Counted from the stretch's first letter, positions 1 through 9,913 are shown. The stretch is 64,000 bases of DNA from Flavobacteriales bacterium UBA7690 (GCA_002482775.1 DLGQ01000002.1:22729-86728); one strand, 5' to 3'. Notes: a model not told the origin generated them from the letters alone. Numbers and translations: made by a program.

Positions 1-156
1 TCGTTCGAGACCGCCCCGATCACCAAGGTTCTTCGTACCCTTTCCCGGTCATCGGCGCAGGCCATCAACGAAGCGGTGATCAACACCTTCGAAACGCACC
101 GCGGCGGCCTTCCCTACTTGGACGACATCGCACTGCTCACGTGCCGGTTCGCGTGA
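1..156 (+). CDS. 3' end of a gene cut by the window edge; tail resembles a PP2C/SpoIIE-type serine phosphatase
   Basis: Frame 1 is open from base 1 to TGA 154-156. The translation ends ...ETHRGGLPYLDDIALLTCRFA, like the terminal DDxTLL motif of SpoIIE/PP2C domains. Only 51 codons are visible. Confidence 0.4.
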   Translation, partial: SFETAPITKVLRTLSRSSAQAINEAVINTFETHRGGLPYLDDIALLTCRFA

Positions 157-297
157 CGTAGCGTAGTTCTCTTCTGTCAGTTGTCAGATCGAAGTTACCA
201 GGCTCCTTGGCGGTACTCCTTGGTGTGACCCTACTACGAACGCGTGATCCCAGCCTGACAACTGCCGGCGACGAACGGACAACTCGCCACCGACCTA

Positions 298-1764
298 TCA
301 GATGGTCTCCGACATGGCCTCACCGCCAACCTCCTTCGCCAACAACACGGGGTACTTCAGATCCATAAGCACCACAAGGGCAGTGAAGGCCCAGAAAGGC
401 ACGGCCGCTTTATCCAGGTCAAGGAAATTATTGAGGGCGGCATGCAGGTAATACGTGATCAACCCCAGGAACACGGCGAGCAATAACTGTCGATCTCTTC
501 CGTCGGGCATCCGGGTGTAAAGCCGTAGAACGGTCAGCACGGTCGTGATGACGAGGGCCAACATCAGCAGCATACCGAACACACCTTGCTCGGCCAGCGG
601 CCCGAGGTATTCGCTATGCGCGTTGCCGTTCAAGCCGAAGTTGGTGCTGATGATGGTGCGGTCCTCGGCGGCTTGGAACGGGGCATATTGGAACATGTAG
701 GTTCCCGGCCCCCAACCGAACACAGGTCGTTCTTGCCACATGTGCAGTGCGGAATTCCAGCGGTTGATGCGCTCGAGGTTCGAGGCATCACTGGAGATAT
801 TGGAGATGGAGCGGACGTGCTGCCCCATGTCGTCCGACGATTCTTCGCGGTTACGCTCCAATGCGATGGTGATCTGTTCACGCTCCAGGTAGAGCACACC
901 CCCACCAACGATGACCGCTGCGGCGATGACCCACGCTGGAACGCGGAAGCGCAAGACCACGAACATACCTGCTGCGCCGATAAGGCTGAGCCATGCTGCC
1001 CGCGTATAGGAGAATACGAGGCCTGTCGCCAGGATCAGGAGCAGGACGAAGGCCAGGCCTTTGCGCGTGAGCGAATATCCCGGCAAGCCTACCGCAGCGA
1101 GGCTGAAGGGGATGAAGAACGCGAGGATCGCGCCGTAGCTCGTGTGGTCTTTGAAGAACGGGCTCATCACCCAGTGGGCCGGATCATGCTCGAAGCCGTA
1201 TTGGGCGTGCCGCACCAGGGTGTAGATCACCACTACGGCGAGGCCGGACATGTAGGCCCACAAGAACCGGTGGATGTTCCGTGGGTCCTCGAAAGAGCGC
1301 ATGAGCATGAAGTACATGGTGGTGACGAACCAGATCCGGGCGCTGAGGAACTTGAACGAGACGATGGGCATGCTGCTGGGGATCACGCACAGGGCCATCC
1401 AGATCAGTTGTGCTCCGATGACCCACGTGATGGGATGCCGCCAAACGGCGACCCGCACCACCCCTTTCTCCACGGCCAGTTTCATCAGGAACAGCAGGGT
1501 AAGCCCTACCATGATCGGTTCGGTTGGAAGCGATACGCCGATGCCACCGAGTTCCAACTGTTCCAAGTTGATCGAGAGCGGCGTAGCGAAAGCGATGAAC
1601 GTGAGCAGGCGCTCGGGTGCCGCCAACATGGCCCAGCCGATGATGAGGACAATGGGCAACAAGCTGAACCAATAGACCTGTTGCGCCATGAACAGCGCAT
1701 TGAGCAGGATGAAGACCCCGCACAGCACGGGGATCGCCCAACCACGCTTCAACGCCTCAGTCAT
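298..1764 (-). CDS. O-antigen ligase/polymerase-like (Wzy/WaaL family) polytopic membrane protein
   Basis: 488-aa ORF with many hydrophobic helices and a large hydrophilic loop (...RINRWNSALHMWQERPVFGWGPGTY...), as in O-antigen ligase family proteins. It lies next to Wzz- and Wzx-like genes. Confidence 0.65.
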   Translation of the reverse strand: MTEALKRGWAIPVLCGVFILLNALFMAQQVYWFSLLPIVLIIGWAMLAAPERLLTFIAFATPLSINLEQLELGGIGVSLPTEPIMVGLTLLFLMKLAVEKGVVRVAVWRHPITWVIGAQLIWMALCVIPSSMPIVSFKFLSARIWFVTTMYFMLMRSFEDPRNIHRFLWAYMSGLAVVVIYTLVRHAQYGFEHDPAHWVMSPFFKDHTSYGAILAFFIPFSLAAVGLPGYSLTRKGLAFVLLLILATGLVFSYTRAAWLSLIGAAGMFVVLRFRVPAWVIAAAVIVGGGVLYLEREQITIALERNREESSDDMGQHVRSISNISSDASNLERINRWNSALHMWQERPVFGWGPGTYMFQYAPFQAAEDRTIISTNFGLNGNAHSEYLGPLAEQGVFGMLLMLALVITTVLTVLRLYTRMPDGRDRQLLLAVFLGLITYYLHAALNNFLDLDKAAVPFWAFTALVVLMDLKYPVLLAKEVGGEAMSETI

Positions 1765-1767
1765 AGC

Positions 1768-2709
1768 TCACTTGCGGTACTCCAACCAGACCACGAACAC
1801 GAAGCACAACAAGGTGGCCGAGACCACGGACATCAGCACGATCAGCCAACGCACGGGGAACACCTTGCGATCGCTCACCTCGGGGTAAACGATCACGTTG
1901 GTGTAGGTGAGCTCCTTGGTCACATCACTTACGGCCTGTTCGTATTGGGTCAGGAGCCGATCATAGTTGCCACGGAAAAGATTGCTTAGCTCGGTCAGCT
2001 GGCGGAACTCGCCACCCTTCGCCTCCAGCTCCTTCATCAAGCCCAACACTTGATCGCGTTGCGCCTGACTGCTTCCGGAACCCAACATGCGGACATAACC
2101 CTTGGTGAGTTCCTTTGTTTGCGCATCATAGGAGAGCAGACCGGTGGTGCGTCGCAGGGTATCGAGCCGGGCCTCCACGGAATCCAATTTGTAGCGTTCG
2201 TGCTTGAGAGCGCGTTCGGCGATGTAGAGCAGTTCACCCGATTTCTCCCGCTGGAGCCTGCGTGCCAACAGGTTCACTTGGGTGAGCATGGCGTTCACCA
2301 TGTCCCGTGCCCGTACCGGATCCTCGTCCACCACCTCGATCATGACGCTTTCGTACTGGGTCTTACTGATCTCCGCGCGGTCCAGGAATTCGTTGTAGAG
2401 GGCGAAATGGCCACCCGCTTTGGTGGTGTCCACATCATAAACGGTCATCAGGTCGAACTGCTTGATCAGGCTATCGCGGATGCTATTGCTTCGCAACAGT
2501 TGAAGCAGTTGATCGGTGCGGGTCTCGATGGAATAGCTGTTGAGGTTAACGGGGTAAACGATCGCGGTGGAGCGGTACCGTGGCGGCATGAAGCTGGGAG
2601 CACTGAGCACCGCTCCCAGTATCACGGCGAGTACACCCACGATGATGAACAGCCGGAGGTATTTGACGATGACAGCCAGGAAACGCTGGAAGGTGAATTC
2701 GCCGGTCAT
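1768..2709 (-). CDS. polysaccharide co-polymerase / chain-length determinant (Wzz-like), no kinase domain
   Basis: 313-aa ORF. TM helices at both ends flank a long coiled-coil-rich region, which is PCP topology. It overlaps the upstream paralogue by 4 nt. Confidence 0.6.
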   Translation of the reverse strand: MTGEFTFQRFLAVIVKYLRLFIIVGVLAVILGAVLSAPSFMPPRYRSTAIVYPVNLNSYSIETRTDQLLQLLRSNSIRDSLIKQFDLMTVYDVDTTKAGGHFALYNEFLDRAEISKTQYESVMIEVVDEDPVRARDMVNAMLTQVNLLARRLQREKSGELLYIAERALKHERYKLDSVEARLDTLRRTTGLLSYDAQTKELTKGYVRMLGSGSSQAQRDQVLGLMKELEAKGGEFRQLTELSNLFRGNYDRLLTQYEQAVSDVTKELTYTNVIVYPEVSDRKVFPVRWLIVLMSVVSATLLCFVFVVWLEYRK

Positions 2710-3722
2710 TGTTCGAGGCGTATCTTTTTCAGGTTCACCTGCACCACGATGAGCAGGAGCGAAAGGAGGAATGCCGAAGCGGTACTGATAGCCACCACCA
2801 ACCAGCGCACCGGGGAGTGTTTCCGATCGGAGGGTTGTGCGCGGTTAACCACGAACTTGTGGGGTAGATCGCTATCCATGTCGGCCTGTGCTTGTTCCAG
2901 TTTCATACGGAGCACGCTCATGCGTTTGGTCTCGTTGAAGAGGCGGTCCTGGAGGGTCACATAGGGTCCACCATATTGCGCGAGCACCTTGAACCGTTCT
3001 TCGAACTCCCGTATCGCCCGCTGATCACCTTTGAGGATGGCCGCTCCCATGTACTCGTTGTACCGTTCCGTTTGGGTGTGGTAATCGTGCACGCCGAGTT
3101 CGCGCAGGAGGCGCATACTATCAGCCATCTGCCTGATCTCCACTTCCAGTTCCTTCACTTTGCTATCCACCACCTGGAACCCCTTGCTCGCGCGCTCCCG
3201 GGCCATTTCGGACCACACGGTATCCACCTGGTCCACGATGTAATTGGCGATGTCCGATGCGCGTTGGGGATCGGGATCCAGCACTTGTGCACGCACGCTG
3301 CCGAACTTGGTACGTTCGAAGGTGATGTGGCCGTTGAAGGCTTCCTGGAGTTCGGTGTTTCGGGTCTTGCTGGCCGCGTTCACACGGTACACCTCGATCA
3401 AGTTGAACTGCTGGATCACGCGGTCACGGATCTTGTCCGAGTGGAGCATTTGCAGGAGCTGTTCGCAATCCTCCTCATCCCCCAAGGCGAGGATATCGTC
3501 GCGCCCTGTGCTTTGTTCATTGAGCAAGGCCTTGGATACCGAGTTGGTGATGGCCGGGAACATGATCACCTCGCTCATGTACAACGGGGTGATCAAGAAG
3601 GCCGTAACCACGCCAACGATGGCGCCCAGCAAGGTGATGCCGACGATGAGCTTACGCCGTGCCCAGAGGAAAAGGACCAGGTCGAAGGAGGCGAGCCCCT
3701 TTCCGGTGTTCGAATTCTGCAT
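2706..3722 (-). CDS. polysaccharide co-polymerase / chain-length determinant (Wzz-like), paralogue of 1768-2709
   Basis: 338-aa ORF with the same N- and C-terminal TM topology and shared motifs (IRDxxIxQFxLxxVY). Confidence 0.6.
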   Translation of the reverse strand: MQNSNTGKGLASFDLVLFLWARRKLIVGITLLGAIVGVVTAFLITPLYMSEVIMFPAITNSVSKALLNEQSTGRDDILALGDEEDCEQLLQMLHSDKIRDRVIQQFNLIEVYRVNAASKTRNTELQEAFNGHITFERTKFGSVRAQVLDPDPQRASDIANYIVDQVDTVWSEMARERASKGFQVVDSKVKELEVEIRQMADSMRLLRELGVHDYHTQTERYNEYMGAAILKGDQRAIREFEERFKVLAQYGGPYVTLQDRLFNETKRMSVLRMKLEQAQADMDSDLPHKFVVNRAQPSDRKHSPVRWLVVAISTASAFLLSLLLIVVQVNLKKIRLEQ

Positions 3723-3779
3723 GCTTATCCGCGAAAAGAGGGCCTAAAGTACACCTTCGCCCCCAGCGGGGAAGGTGAT

Positions 3780-5249
3780 TCAGACCTTGGCGGGAACGCG
3801 CAATTCCAGCGCTTCGTATAGTACGGTTCGGTTCACCATACCGAGCAGCCACGCCAAGAGCACCACAACGGAGGCGAACACCGCCAAGGCCGCCAGCAAG
3901 CCGAGGCCGAGCGTCGCGATCCACCACGCGGTGCCCACCAGCACCGCAGCATACACGAGCGCGCGGACCAGAAGGCCGGTGGGGATACCGATGGAATAGA
4001 GCCGCTTCGCCAGCGCGATCTGCGCTACGGCGGTGAGCCCCTGCGTCACCAAGCTGGCCCATGCCGCACCTTCTGCTTGCATGCGCGGGATCAGTACCAG
4101 GTTGAGGCCGATGTTGAGCACCGCGCCGCTGCCGGCCAACCAGTTCAACTGCTTCAAGCGGCCACCAGCAGTGAGCAATGTGCCGAACACGTACGTGGAA
4201 CAAACGGCCACGAAACAACCGATGAGCAAGGCGAAGACAGGAGCACTTTGCGCTGTGTGTTCAGTATAGCGCAGGTCCATGATGGCTTTTGCGTTCACAC
4301 TGCCGAACACGGCCACGGCGATGGTCCCTGTCAGTACCAGCCGTATGGCTAGACGCACCAATGGAGCCAGCCCGTCATTGGCCTTCGCATCCTTGGCACC
4401 CAACAAGCGGCTGAACATGGGCAGCAGCAGGCCGGCCATCAGGTACCCCAGCATGTTGAAGGCCTCGAAGAAGCGGAAGCCCTGCGCGTAGATCCCGGCC
4501 TGTAGCGGACCATCGGGCAGCAACCGTTCCAGCATCAGCGTATCGATGCGGTAGTAGAAGGTCATCAGCAGGATCAGTAGTGCGTAAGGGAAACTCTGCT
4601 TCACGACCACCCAGGCGAATGCCGGCTGCCAGGCTAGCCGCACACCACCGGCGATGCGATGCACCAGTACATAGGCCACCAGCGCGGTGGTGCCATAGGC
4701 GATGGTCTGCGCCCACACGAACCATTCTATGCGGAACGGTGCAGGTCCGCCTCGCCCCCACAGCAGCCAACCCACCATACCGATCAGCAGCACGCGGTCC
4801 AGCACGCTCAACAGGCTGTCCTGTTTGAACCGTTGCGCCCCGGCGATGTTGCTGCGCAGGTATTGGATGGTGGCCACCAATGCTTGGTTCACCACCAGCC
4901 AACCGAGCACCGCCAGTTGATCACCCCGGAAACCGAGCACGATGCCCGCGCCCACCGTGAGCACCGCGTACAGTAGCACCAGCACGAAGCGCACACCCAT
5001 CACACCGCCCACCGTTTTTCCCATCAGCTGCGTGTGCTGGGCGATGTGGCGTGTGTTCTGGTTGGTCATGCCCAGGTCCAACACGATGTTGAGCAGGAAC
5101 CCGAGGCTGAGCAATGCCGCATAGGTGCCGTAGGTCGCGCTGCCTACAGCATCCTGCACCCCGGCATCGATGCCCAGGATGTAGAACGGCTTCACCAGCA
5201 GGTTCAGCACCAGCAGCAGGGCGAGGTTCAGCAGGAAACGGCGTTGCAT
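3780..5249 (-). CDS. oligosaccharide/polysaccharide flippase (MOP/Wzx family)
   Basis: ORF 3780-5297, with the likely start at ATG 5249 (MQRRFLLNLALL...). Hydrophobic over its whole length, with about 12-14 predicted helices typical of Wzx flippases. Confidence 0.7.
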   Translation of the reverse strand: MQRRFLLNLALLLVLNLLVKPFYILGIDAGVQDAVGSATYGTYAALLSLGFLLNIVLDLGMTNQNTRHIAQHTQLMGKTVGGVMGVRFVLVLLYAVLTVGAGIVLGFRGDQLAVLGWLVVNQALVATIQYLRSNIAGAQRFKQDSLLSVLDRVLLIGMVGWLLWGRGGPAPFRIEWFVWAQTIAYGTTALVAYVLVHRIAGGVRLAWQPAFAWVVVKQSFPYALLILLMTFYYRIDTLMLERLLPDGPLQAGIYAQGFRFFEAFNMLGYLMAGLLLPMFSRLLGAKDAKANDGLAPLVRLAIRLVLTGTIAVAVFGSVNAKAIMDLRYTEHTAQSAPVFALLIGCFVAVCSTYVFGTLLTAGGRLKQLNWLAGSGAVLNIGLNLVLIPRMQAEGAAWASLVTQGLTAVAQIALAKRLYSIGIPTGLLVRALVYAAVLVGTAWWIATLGLGLLAALAVFASVVVLLAWLLGMVNRTVLYEALELRVPAKV

Positions 5250-5542
5250 TGGCGGGGTGAAGATGGCACAATGGTCGCTTATCGCATGTGGTAGCACTCA
5301 CACGAAAGCCGACAAGCCTTTGGTCTTTTACAGCCCTGGCATCTATCACTTTGCGCGAAGAGCCCGGGCCAGGTGGGTAGACCACTAGGAACCATGCACT
5401 ACTGCTGTTCTGTCCACCGATCCATCAACATACGCTCACGAATGGATCATAGAAGGTGAAGTGTAGGTTAACTTGGTGGCGCGAAATGGTCTTGACCTTG
5501 CTCGCCCCAGGACAAGACCACATCCACGAAGCGAAGTACCGA

Positions 5543-6349
5543 ATGCGTATCATTGAAGCGAGCACAACGCTCGGACAGGAGCTAACAGCGCACCAGCGCG
5601 GGCTCTTCGCCCGTGATGGCGCATTGCATTTCAAACGGTTCCTTGGACCACAAGCCGTGGCGGACATCATCAAGGCCATCGGCGAAGTGGAGCAACAGTG
5701 GGTGCACGAAGAGGTGCGCACCGTGCGCGGCACCCCGGTGAAATACGGGAAGGACATGGATGGTAGACCCATGGTGCAGCGCTTCGCTTTCGCATCGCAC
5801 TACCATGCCGTGTTGGCGGAAGTGTTGCAGGACCCCCGCCTGAAGGCGATCCTGCAGCTCGTTGGTGACGATGCCCGGCTTGGCACGGAGGAGAAGGATG
5901 GGCTGGTGATCAATCACTACCTCAACGCTTCCGGTAGTGGCTTCACTGAAATGGGCTGGCACACCGATTCCATCCGCGACCTGTTCTTGGGAAAGCGTGT
6001 GGGCCCGATGTTGAACGTGGGTTTCCACCTTGATGACCAAGACCCCGCGAACGGTGGTTTGCGCTTCCTACCGGGCACACATCGGCAGGGTCTGGGTGGC
6101 ATGTTGTTCCATAAGCGCTACTTCATGGACAAGAGGGCTGATCCGCGCGAAGCGGCCTTCGCCATTGAAGCCGGGGACCTCACCGTACACGACGGTCGCA
6201 TGTGGCATAGGGTGCAGCGCTCGGCACTGGTTGGAGAGGCCAGCCGCCGCCGCGTGATGTACATCCCGGTGATCAACGGCTCTTACGCACCGAAGACCGC
6301 CGAAAGCCGCACACCGTTCTACCACCGTTTCCAGCATTTGGTGAAATGA
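5543..6349 (+). CDS. phytanoyl-CoA dioxygenase (PhyH) family Fe(II)/2-oxoglutarate oxygenase
   Basis: ORF 5456-6349, with the probable start at ATG 5543 (MRIIEAST...). An HxD context (GWHTDSIRD) and a distal His (MWHRV) fit the PhyH fold. Confidence 0.7.
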   Translation: MRIIEASTTLGQELTAHQRGLFARDGALHFKRFLGPQAVADIIKAIGEVEQQWVHEEVRTVRGTPVKYGKDMDGRPMVQRFAFASHYHAVLAEVLQDPRLKAILQLVGDDARLGTEEKDGLVINHYLNASGSGFTEMGWHTDSIRDLFLGKRVGPMLNVGFHLDDQDPANGGLRFLPGTHRQGLGGMLFHKRYFMDKRADPREAAFAIEAGDLTVHDGRMWHRVQRSALVGEASRRRVMYIPVINGSYAPKTAESRTPFYHRFQHLVK

Positions 6350-7152
6350 CCACCCCGGATAAAGGCCTGGCAGTGGTCACTGGTGCCAGCCAAGGGTTGG
6401 GCGCTGCCATAGCCCATGAGCTGGCCCGTGCGGGGTTCGCGGTGTTGTTGGTGGCGCGCAGCCTTCCAGCGCTGGATCATGTTCGCGCTAGCGTTGGGGC
6501 TTTGAACGGCGATCGCACCTTCGTGCTGGAACTCGACCTGTTGGCACCCGATGCCTTCGACCGTATACGCAGTGCCATCACCTCGACTGGCTTTCCGCTC
6601 ACGTGTTTGGTGAACAATGCTGGCCACGGGCTGTACGGCCTGTTCCACGAACTTCCCCTTACCGATCAACTGCGCATGATGCGGTTGAACATGGAACTCC
6701 CGATCACCCTCACCCACGGCTTGCTTCCGGACCTGAAGACTGCACCGCGCTCGTACATCCTCAACATCTCCAGTATGACGGCGTATGGCAGCATCGCCAC
6801 CTTGGCGACCTACGGAGGCAGTAAGGCTTTCCTGCTGCGGTGGTCCCGGGCGCTGGGTGTGGAACTCCGGGGCACCGGGGTCACGGTAACGTGTGTATGT
6901 CCAGGAAGCATCATCACCGGTTTCACAGCAAGAGCCGGTATGCTGGTGATGGATGACCTCGCACGCAAATTCGGTTCCGAGCCCCTTCCAGTTGCACGCA
7001 CAGCGGTGAACGCACTTTTGAAAGGACGTGCCGAAGTGGTTCCCGGTGCGCTCAACCGCATCACCGCGTTCCTCCAACAGTGCCTTCCAGCAGGTCCTGT
7101 CGAACGGGTCGCCAGTGGTATCTATTTGAAACGACTACCAGTTCGGAAGTGA
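6346..7152 (+). CDS. SDR family oxidoreductase
   Basis: TGASQGLGAAIA Rossmann motif, NNAG, and catalytic SSM...YGGSK. The start overlaps the upstream stop (ATGA). Confidence 0.85.
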   Translation: MTTPDKGLAVVTGASQGLGAAIAHELARAGFAVLLVARSLPALDHVRASVGALNGDRTFVLELDLLAPDAFDRIRSAITSTGFPLTCLVNNAGHGLYGLFHELPLTDQLRMMRLNMELPITLTHGLLPDLKTAPRSYILNISSMTAYGSIATLATYGGSKAFLLRWSRALGVELRGTGVTVTCVCPGSIITGFTARAGMLVMDDLARKFGSEPLPVARTAVNALLKGRAEVVPGALNRITAFLQQCLPAGPVERVASGIYLKRLPVRK

Positions 7153-7352
7153 CTCCTCCATCGTTGGAGTTCGGAAGTGACCCGACCATCTTCGGCCACA
7201 ACGATACCATCACCAAAGGTTGCTCCAGTCCCGACCATCGAGACAGAAGGAAGCAGGGTGGTTCAACTTCAGCTACCACCTTCCATGATCCGTCACAAGT
7301 GTTCGACCAACACTCCATCATACTTCATCCACGCATGATGCCGACCACCATC

Positions 7353-7360
7353 TACATTTG
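7353..7360 (+). promoter_or_regulatory. Bacteroidota -7 box (TACATTTG, matches TAnnTTTG)
   Basis: Exact match to the TAnnTTTG consensus, 16 nt upstream of ATG 7377. Confidence 0.45.
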
Positions 7361-7376
7361 ATGCAAACAACTCCCC

Positions 7377-7841
7377 ATGGCCAAACGCAAGACCGTTACC
7401 GCATTGAAGAAGACCGCTAAGAAAACGGCGAAGACCGTCCAGAAGTCCGTAAAGAAAGTGGCTACCAAAGCTGCCAAGAAGGTAGCTAAGAAAGTAGCCG
7501 TGGTGAAGACCAAAGCCAAGGCGACCAAACCCGCGAAGAAGGCAGCCACCAAAGCGGCGAAGACTTCTTTGTCCCGCCTCAGTGGGAAAGCCGCGAAGAA
7601 GGCGACCAAAGTTGCTACCAAAGCGAAGCGTACGACCGCGCAAGCCGTGAAGAGCGCGAAGACCGCCGTGAAGAAGACGGTGCGCAAGGCCAGGAAGAAA
7701 AGCGCCGTGAAGAAGGTGTTGGAAAACGCCCTCACCGCCGTGCTCTCCACCGTACAAGATGTACGCGAGAAGGTCGGCCACGTGATCCTGGGCGATACCC
7801 CGGAAGCCACACCGGTCGCCAAGAAAGGCAAGAAGGGCTAG
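7377..7841 (+). CDS. Lys/Ala-rich histone H1-like nucleoid protein
   Basis: 154-aa ORF dominated by K/A/T/V repeats (KKTAKKTAKTVQKSVKKVATKAAKKVAKK...). It resembles the bacterial histone H1/Hc1-like proteins common in Bacteroidota. Confidence 0.7.
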   Translation: MAKRKTVTALKKTAKKTAKTVQKSVKKVATKAAKKVAKKVAVVKTKAKATKPAKKAATKAAKTSLSRLSGKAAKKATKVATKAKRTTAQAVKSAKTAVKKTVRKARKKSAVKKVLENALTAVLSTVQDVREKVGHVILGDTPEATPVAKKGKKG

Positions 7842-8034
7842 GCCTTTCCGCATTCCTTACCAGACGGTCACCATCCTGGCGTGGCCCATGCCTTGCGCTG
7901 TTGTACGGTCCACCGGAACGTGATGCAGTGAAGGCTGTGGCCCGCCGCGGTGGGGAAGTTCATGCAAGGTCTCCATTGACCTGTCATCGGCCCTCTTGGG
8001 TGCGGTGCGATAGGCTCGATCGGAGTTCACACCT

Positions 8035-9192
8035 TTGCCCTCCATGCGCATCGTCGTCAACACACGCCTGCTGCTCTCCAACAAACTGGAAGGCATCGGC
8101 TGGTTCACGCACGAAACGATGATGCGCATCGTGAAAGCGCATCCGGAGCATCGGTTCATCTTCTTGTTCGATCGTGCGTTCCATCCCAAGTTCATCTACG
8201 CGGACAATGTGGAGGGTGCGGTGCTTTTCCCGCCCACACGGCACCCCCTGCTCTACCGCATTTGGTTCGACTGGTTGTTGCCGCGCAAACTGAAAGCGCT
8301 GAAAGCCGATGCGTTCATCTCGCCGGACGGATACCTCGCGCTGGGCAGCAACGTGCCCACATTGGCCGTGATGCACGACCTCAACTTCGAGCACCATCCG
8401 GAGGATCTGCCGAAGGCCTACCGTGACTACTACAAGAGCTACTTCCCACGGTTCGCACGGCATGCCACACGACTGGGAACGGTGAGTGAATACTCGCGAC
8501 GCGACATCGCCAAGACCTATGGGGTTCCGGAAAGCCGCATCGATGTGATCCACAACGGTGTGGGAGATGTCTATCGCCCGCTCACTGCGGAGGAGAAGCG
8601 CACTGCGGCGGCGGAGTTCACTAGCGGTCATCCGTACATCGTGTGCATCGGATCGCTCAATCCGCGCAAGAACATCGGGCGCCTCTTTCAGGCATTTGAT
8701 GAACTGTTGGAACAGCACCCGTCCGACCTGCGCTTGCTCATCGTGGGCGAACGCATGTGGTGGGATGGGCGTATGGAGGACGCGTGGGAGAACATGCGCC
8801 ATAAGGACCGCGTGATCTTCACCGGGCGGCTGCAACAGACCGATCTGCACCGCGCTTTGGGTGGTGCCATGGCACTCGCGTTCGTCAGTTACTTCGAAGG
8901 GTTCGGAATCCCTGTAGCGGAGGCCATGCGTTGCGGCGTACCTGTAGTGGCAGCGGAAGCCACCAGCCTGCCGGAAGTAGCCGGTGATGCGGCACACTAC
9001 TGCGATCCGTTCAACGTGAGCGACATCGCCCGGGCGTTGTATGAAGTGTGCAGCGACCCCGACCTGCGTGCCACGTTGAGCGCGGCGGGTATCAAGCGAT
9101 CGCAACGCTACACCTGGGACCATGCCGCCACCGCGTTGTGGGCTTCCTTCGAGCGGATGACGAAGGATGCGGGACTTCATTTGAACGAGTGA
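8035..9192 (+). CDS. glycosyltransferase family 4 (GT-B fold)
   Basis: 385-aa ORF with the C-terminal EX7E-type region [21 protein letters not shown]. Confidence 0.85.
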   Translation: MPSMRIVVNTRLLLSNKLEGIGWFTHETMMRIVKAHPEHRFIFLFDRAFHPKFIYADNVEGAVLFPPTRHPLLYRIWFDWLLPRKLKALKADAFISPDGYLALGSNVPTLAVMHDLNFEHHPEDLPKAYRDYYKSYFPRFARHATRLGTVSEYSRRDIAKTYGVPESRIDVIHNGVGDVYRPLTAEEKRTAAAEFTSGHPYIVCIGSLNPRKNIGRLFQAFDELLEQHPSDLRLLIVGERMWWDGRMEDAWENMRHKDRVIFTGRLQQTDLHRALGGAMALAFVSYFEGFGIPVAEAMRCGVPVVAAEATSLPEVAGDAAHYCDPFNVSDIARALYEVCSDPDLRATLSAAGIKRSQRYTWDHAATALWASFERMTKDAGLHLNE

Positions 9193-9794
9193 TGAGCCGC
9201 CTCGCCGCCTACCTGAACAAAGACCTCACTGAGGCCGGTTGCGATGAGGCCGGTCGCGGATGTTTGGCAGGTCCTGTTGTTGCCGCAGCGGTGATCCTTC
9301 CACCACGTGTGCGCATTCCAGGGTTGGATGATAGCAAGAAGCTCACGCACGAGCGGCGCGCAGCATTGCGTACGTTGATCGAGGAGAAAGCCATCGCATG
9401 GGCCGTGGCCGTTGTTGGTCCGGAGGAGATCGATGTGCTGAACATCCTTCGTGCATCGTTCATCGCCATGCACCGCGCGATCGATGCATTGCACCAACGC
9501 CCGCAACACCTGTTGATCGATGGCAACCGTTTCATCACCTACGCCGATATCCCGCACACCTGTTTGGTGAAGGGCGATGGCCGTTTCCGCAGCATCGCGG
9601 CAGCCAGCATCTTGGCGAAAACGCACCGCGATGAACTGATGGAACGCCTGCACAACGACCATCCCGAATACGGCTGGGCGATCAACAAGGGCTACCCTAC
9701 GGTGGACCACCGCAGCGCCTTGGACCGCATAGGTCCATGCGTACACCACCGCAAGAGTTTCCGGTTGAGCTACGCCCAGCCCGAGTTGTTCTGA
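9192..9794 (+). CDS. rnhB: ribonuclease HII
   Basis: ATG 9192 overlaps the upstream [22 protein letters not shown] and DDSKKL motifs are present. The longer track ORF starting at 9048 is an upstream extension inside the GT4 gene. Confidence 0.9.
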   Translation: MSRLAAYLNKDLTEAGCDEAGRGCLAGPVVAAAVILPPRVRIPGLDDSKKLTHERRAALRTLIEEKAIAWAVAVVGPEEIDVLNILRASFIAMHRAIDALHQRPQHLLIDGNRFITYADIPHTCLVKGDGRFRSIAAASILAKTHRDELMERLHNDHPEYGWAINKGYPTVDHRSALDRIGPCVHHRKSFRLSYAQPELF

Positions 9795-9807
9795 GCGAAC
9801 ACTCTTC

Positions 9808-9831
9808 GCGGATCGGGTCAGCGCGATCCGC
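9808..9831 (+). terminator. hairpin downstream of rnhB (GCGGATCG-8 nt-CGATCCGC)
   Basis: Perfect 8-bp stem 14 nt after the rnhB stop. There is no T-run, so terminator function is uncertain. Confidence 0.35.
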
Positions 9832-9913
9832 ACACCCGTTCACCTCCTTCCCCTTCAACACTCTCCTGTGCAAAGGCCGCGTCCAACGCGGGAAAGCAGC
9901 CTATGCCCCCCGG

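Noticed and set aside
586-1989. 467-aa plus-strand ORF overlapping the O-antigen ligase-like and Wzz-like genes
   Set aside because: It lies antisense to two well-formed membrane-protein genes. The product is rich in R/G/H/D/E and low in complexity, as expected for a shadow ORF in GC-rich DNA. It has no motifs.
7080-7361. 93-aa plus-strand ORF in the SDR / histone-like spacer
   Set aside because: The repeated DNA motifs fall in different reading frames of this ORF. It overlaps the SDR 3' end and has no start context, so I treat the region as non-coding and regulatory.
7377-7841. Possible CRISPR-like or satellite repeat signal from the periodic AAG/GCC-rich DNA
   Set aside because: The periodicity is codon-level (Lys/Ala) within an intact ORF, with no spacer/repeat structure. 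No CRISPR array, cas gene, transposase or integrase is visible anywhere in the window.
7984-9180. 398-aa minus-strand ORF covering the glycosyltransferase gene
   Set aside because: Antisense shadow of the GT4 gene, which has clear catalytic motifs. The composition is Arg/His/Val-rich and not protein-like.
9048-9191. N-terminal extensions of track ORFs (rnhB 9048, hutU 15960, pheT up to 28333, YhhN 29156, porP 44876, PhyH 5456)
   Set aside because: Each extension overlaps the neighbouring gene or a promoter region, and its sequence is unlike the family N-terminus. Internal ATGs give canonical N-termini.
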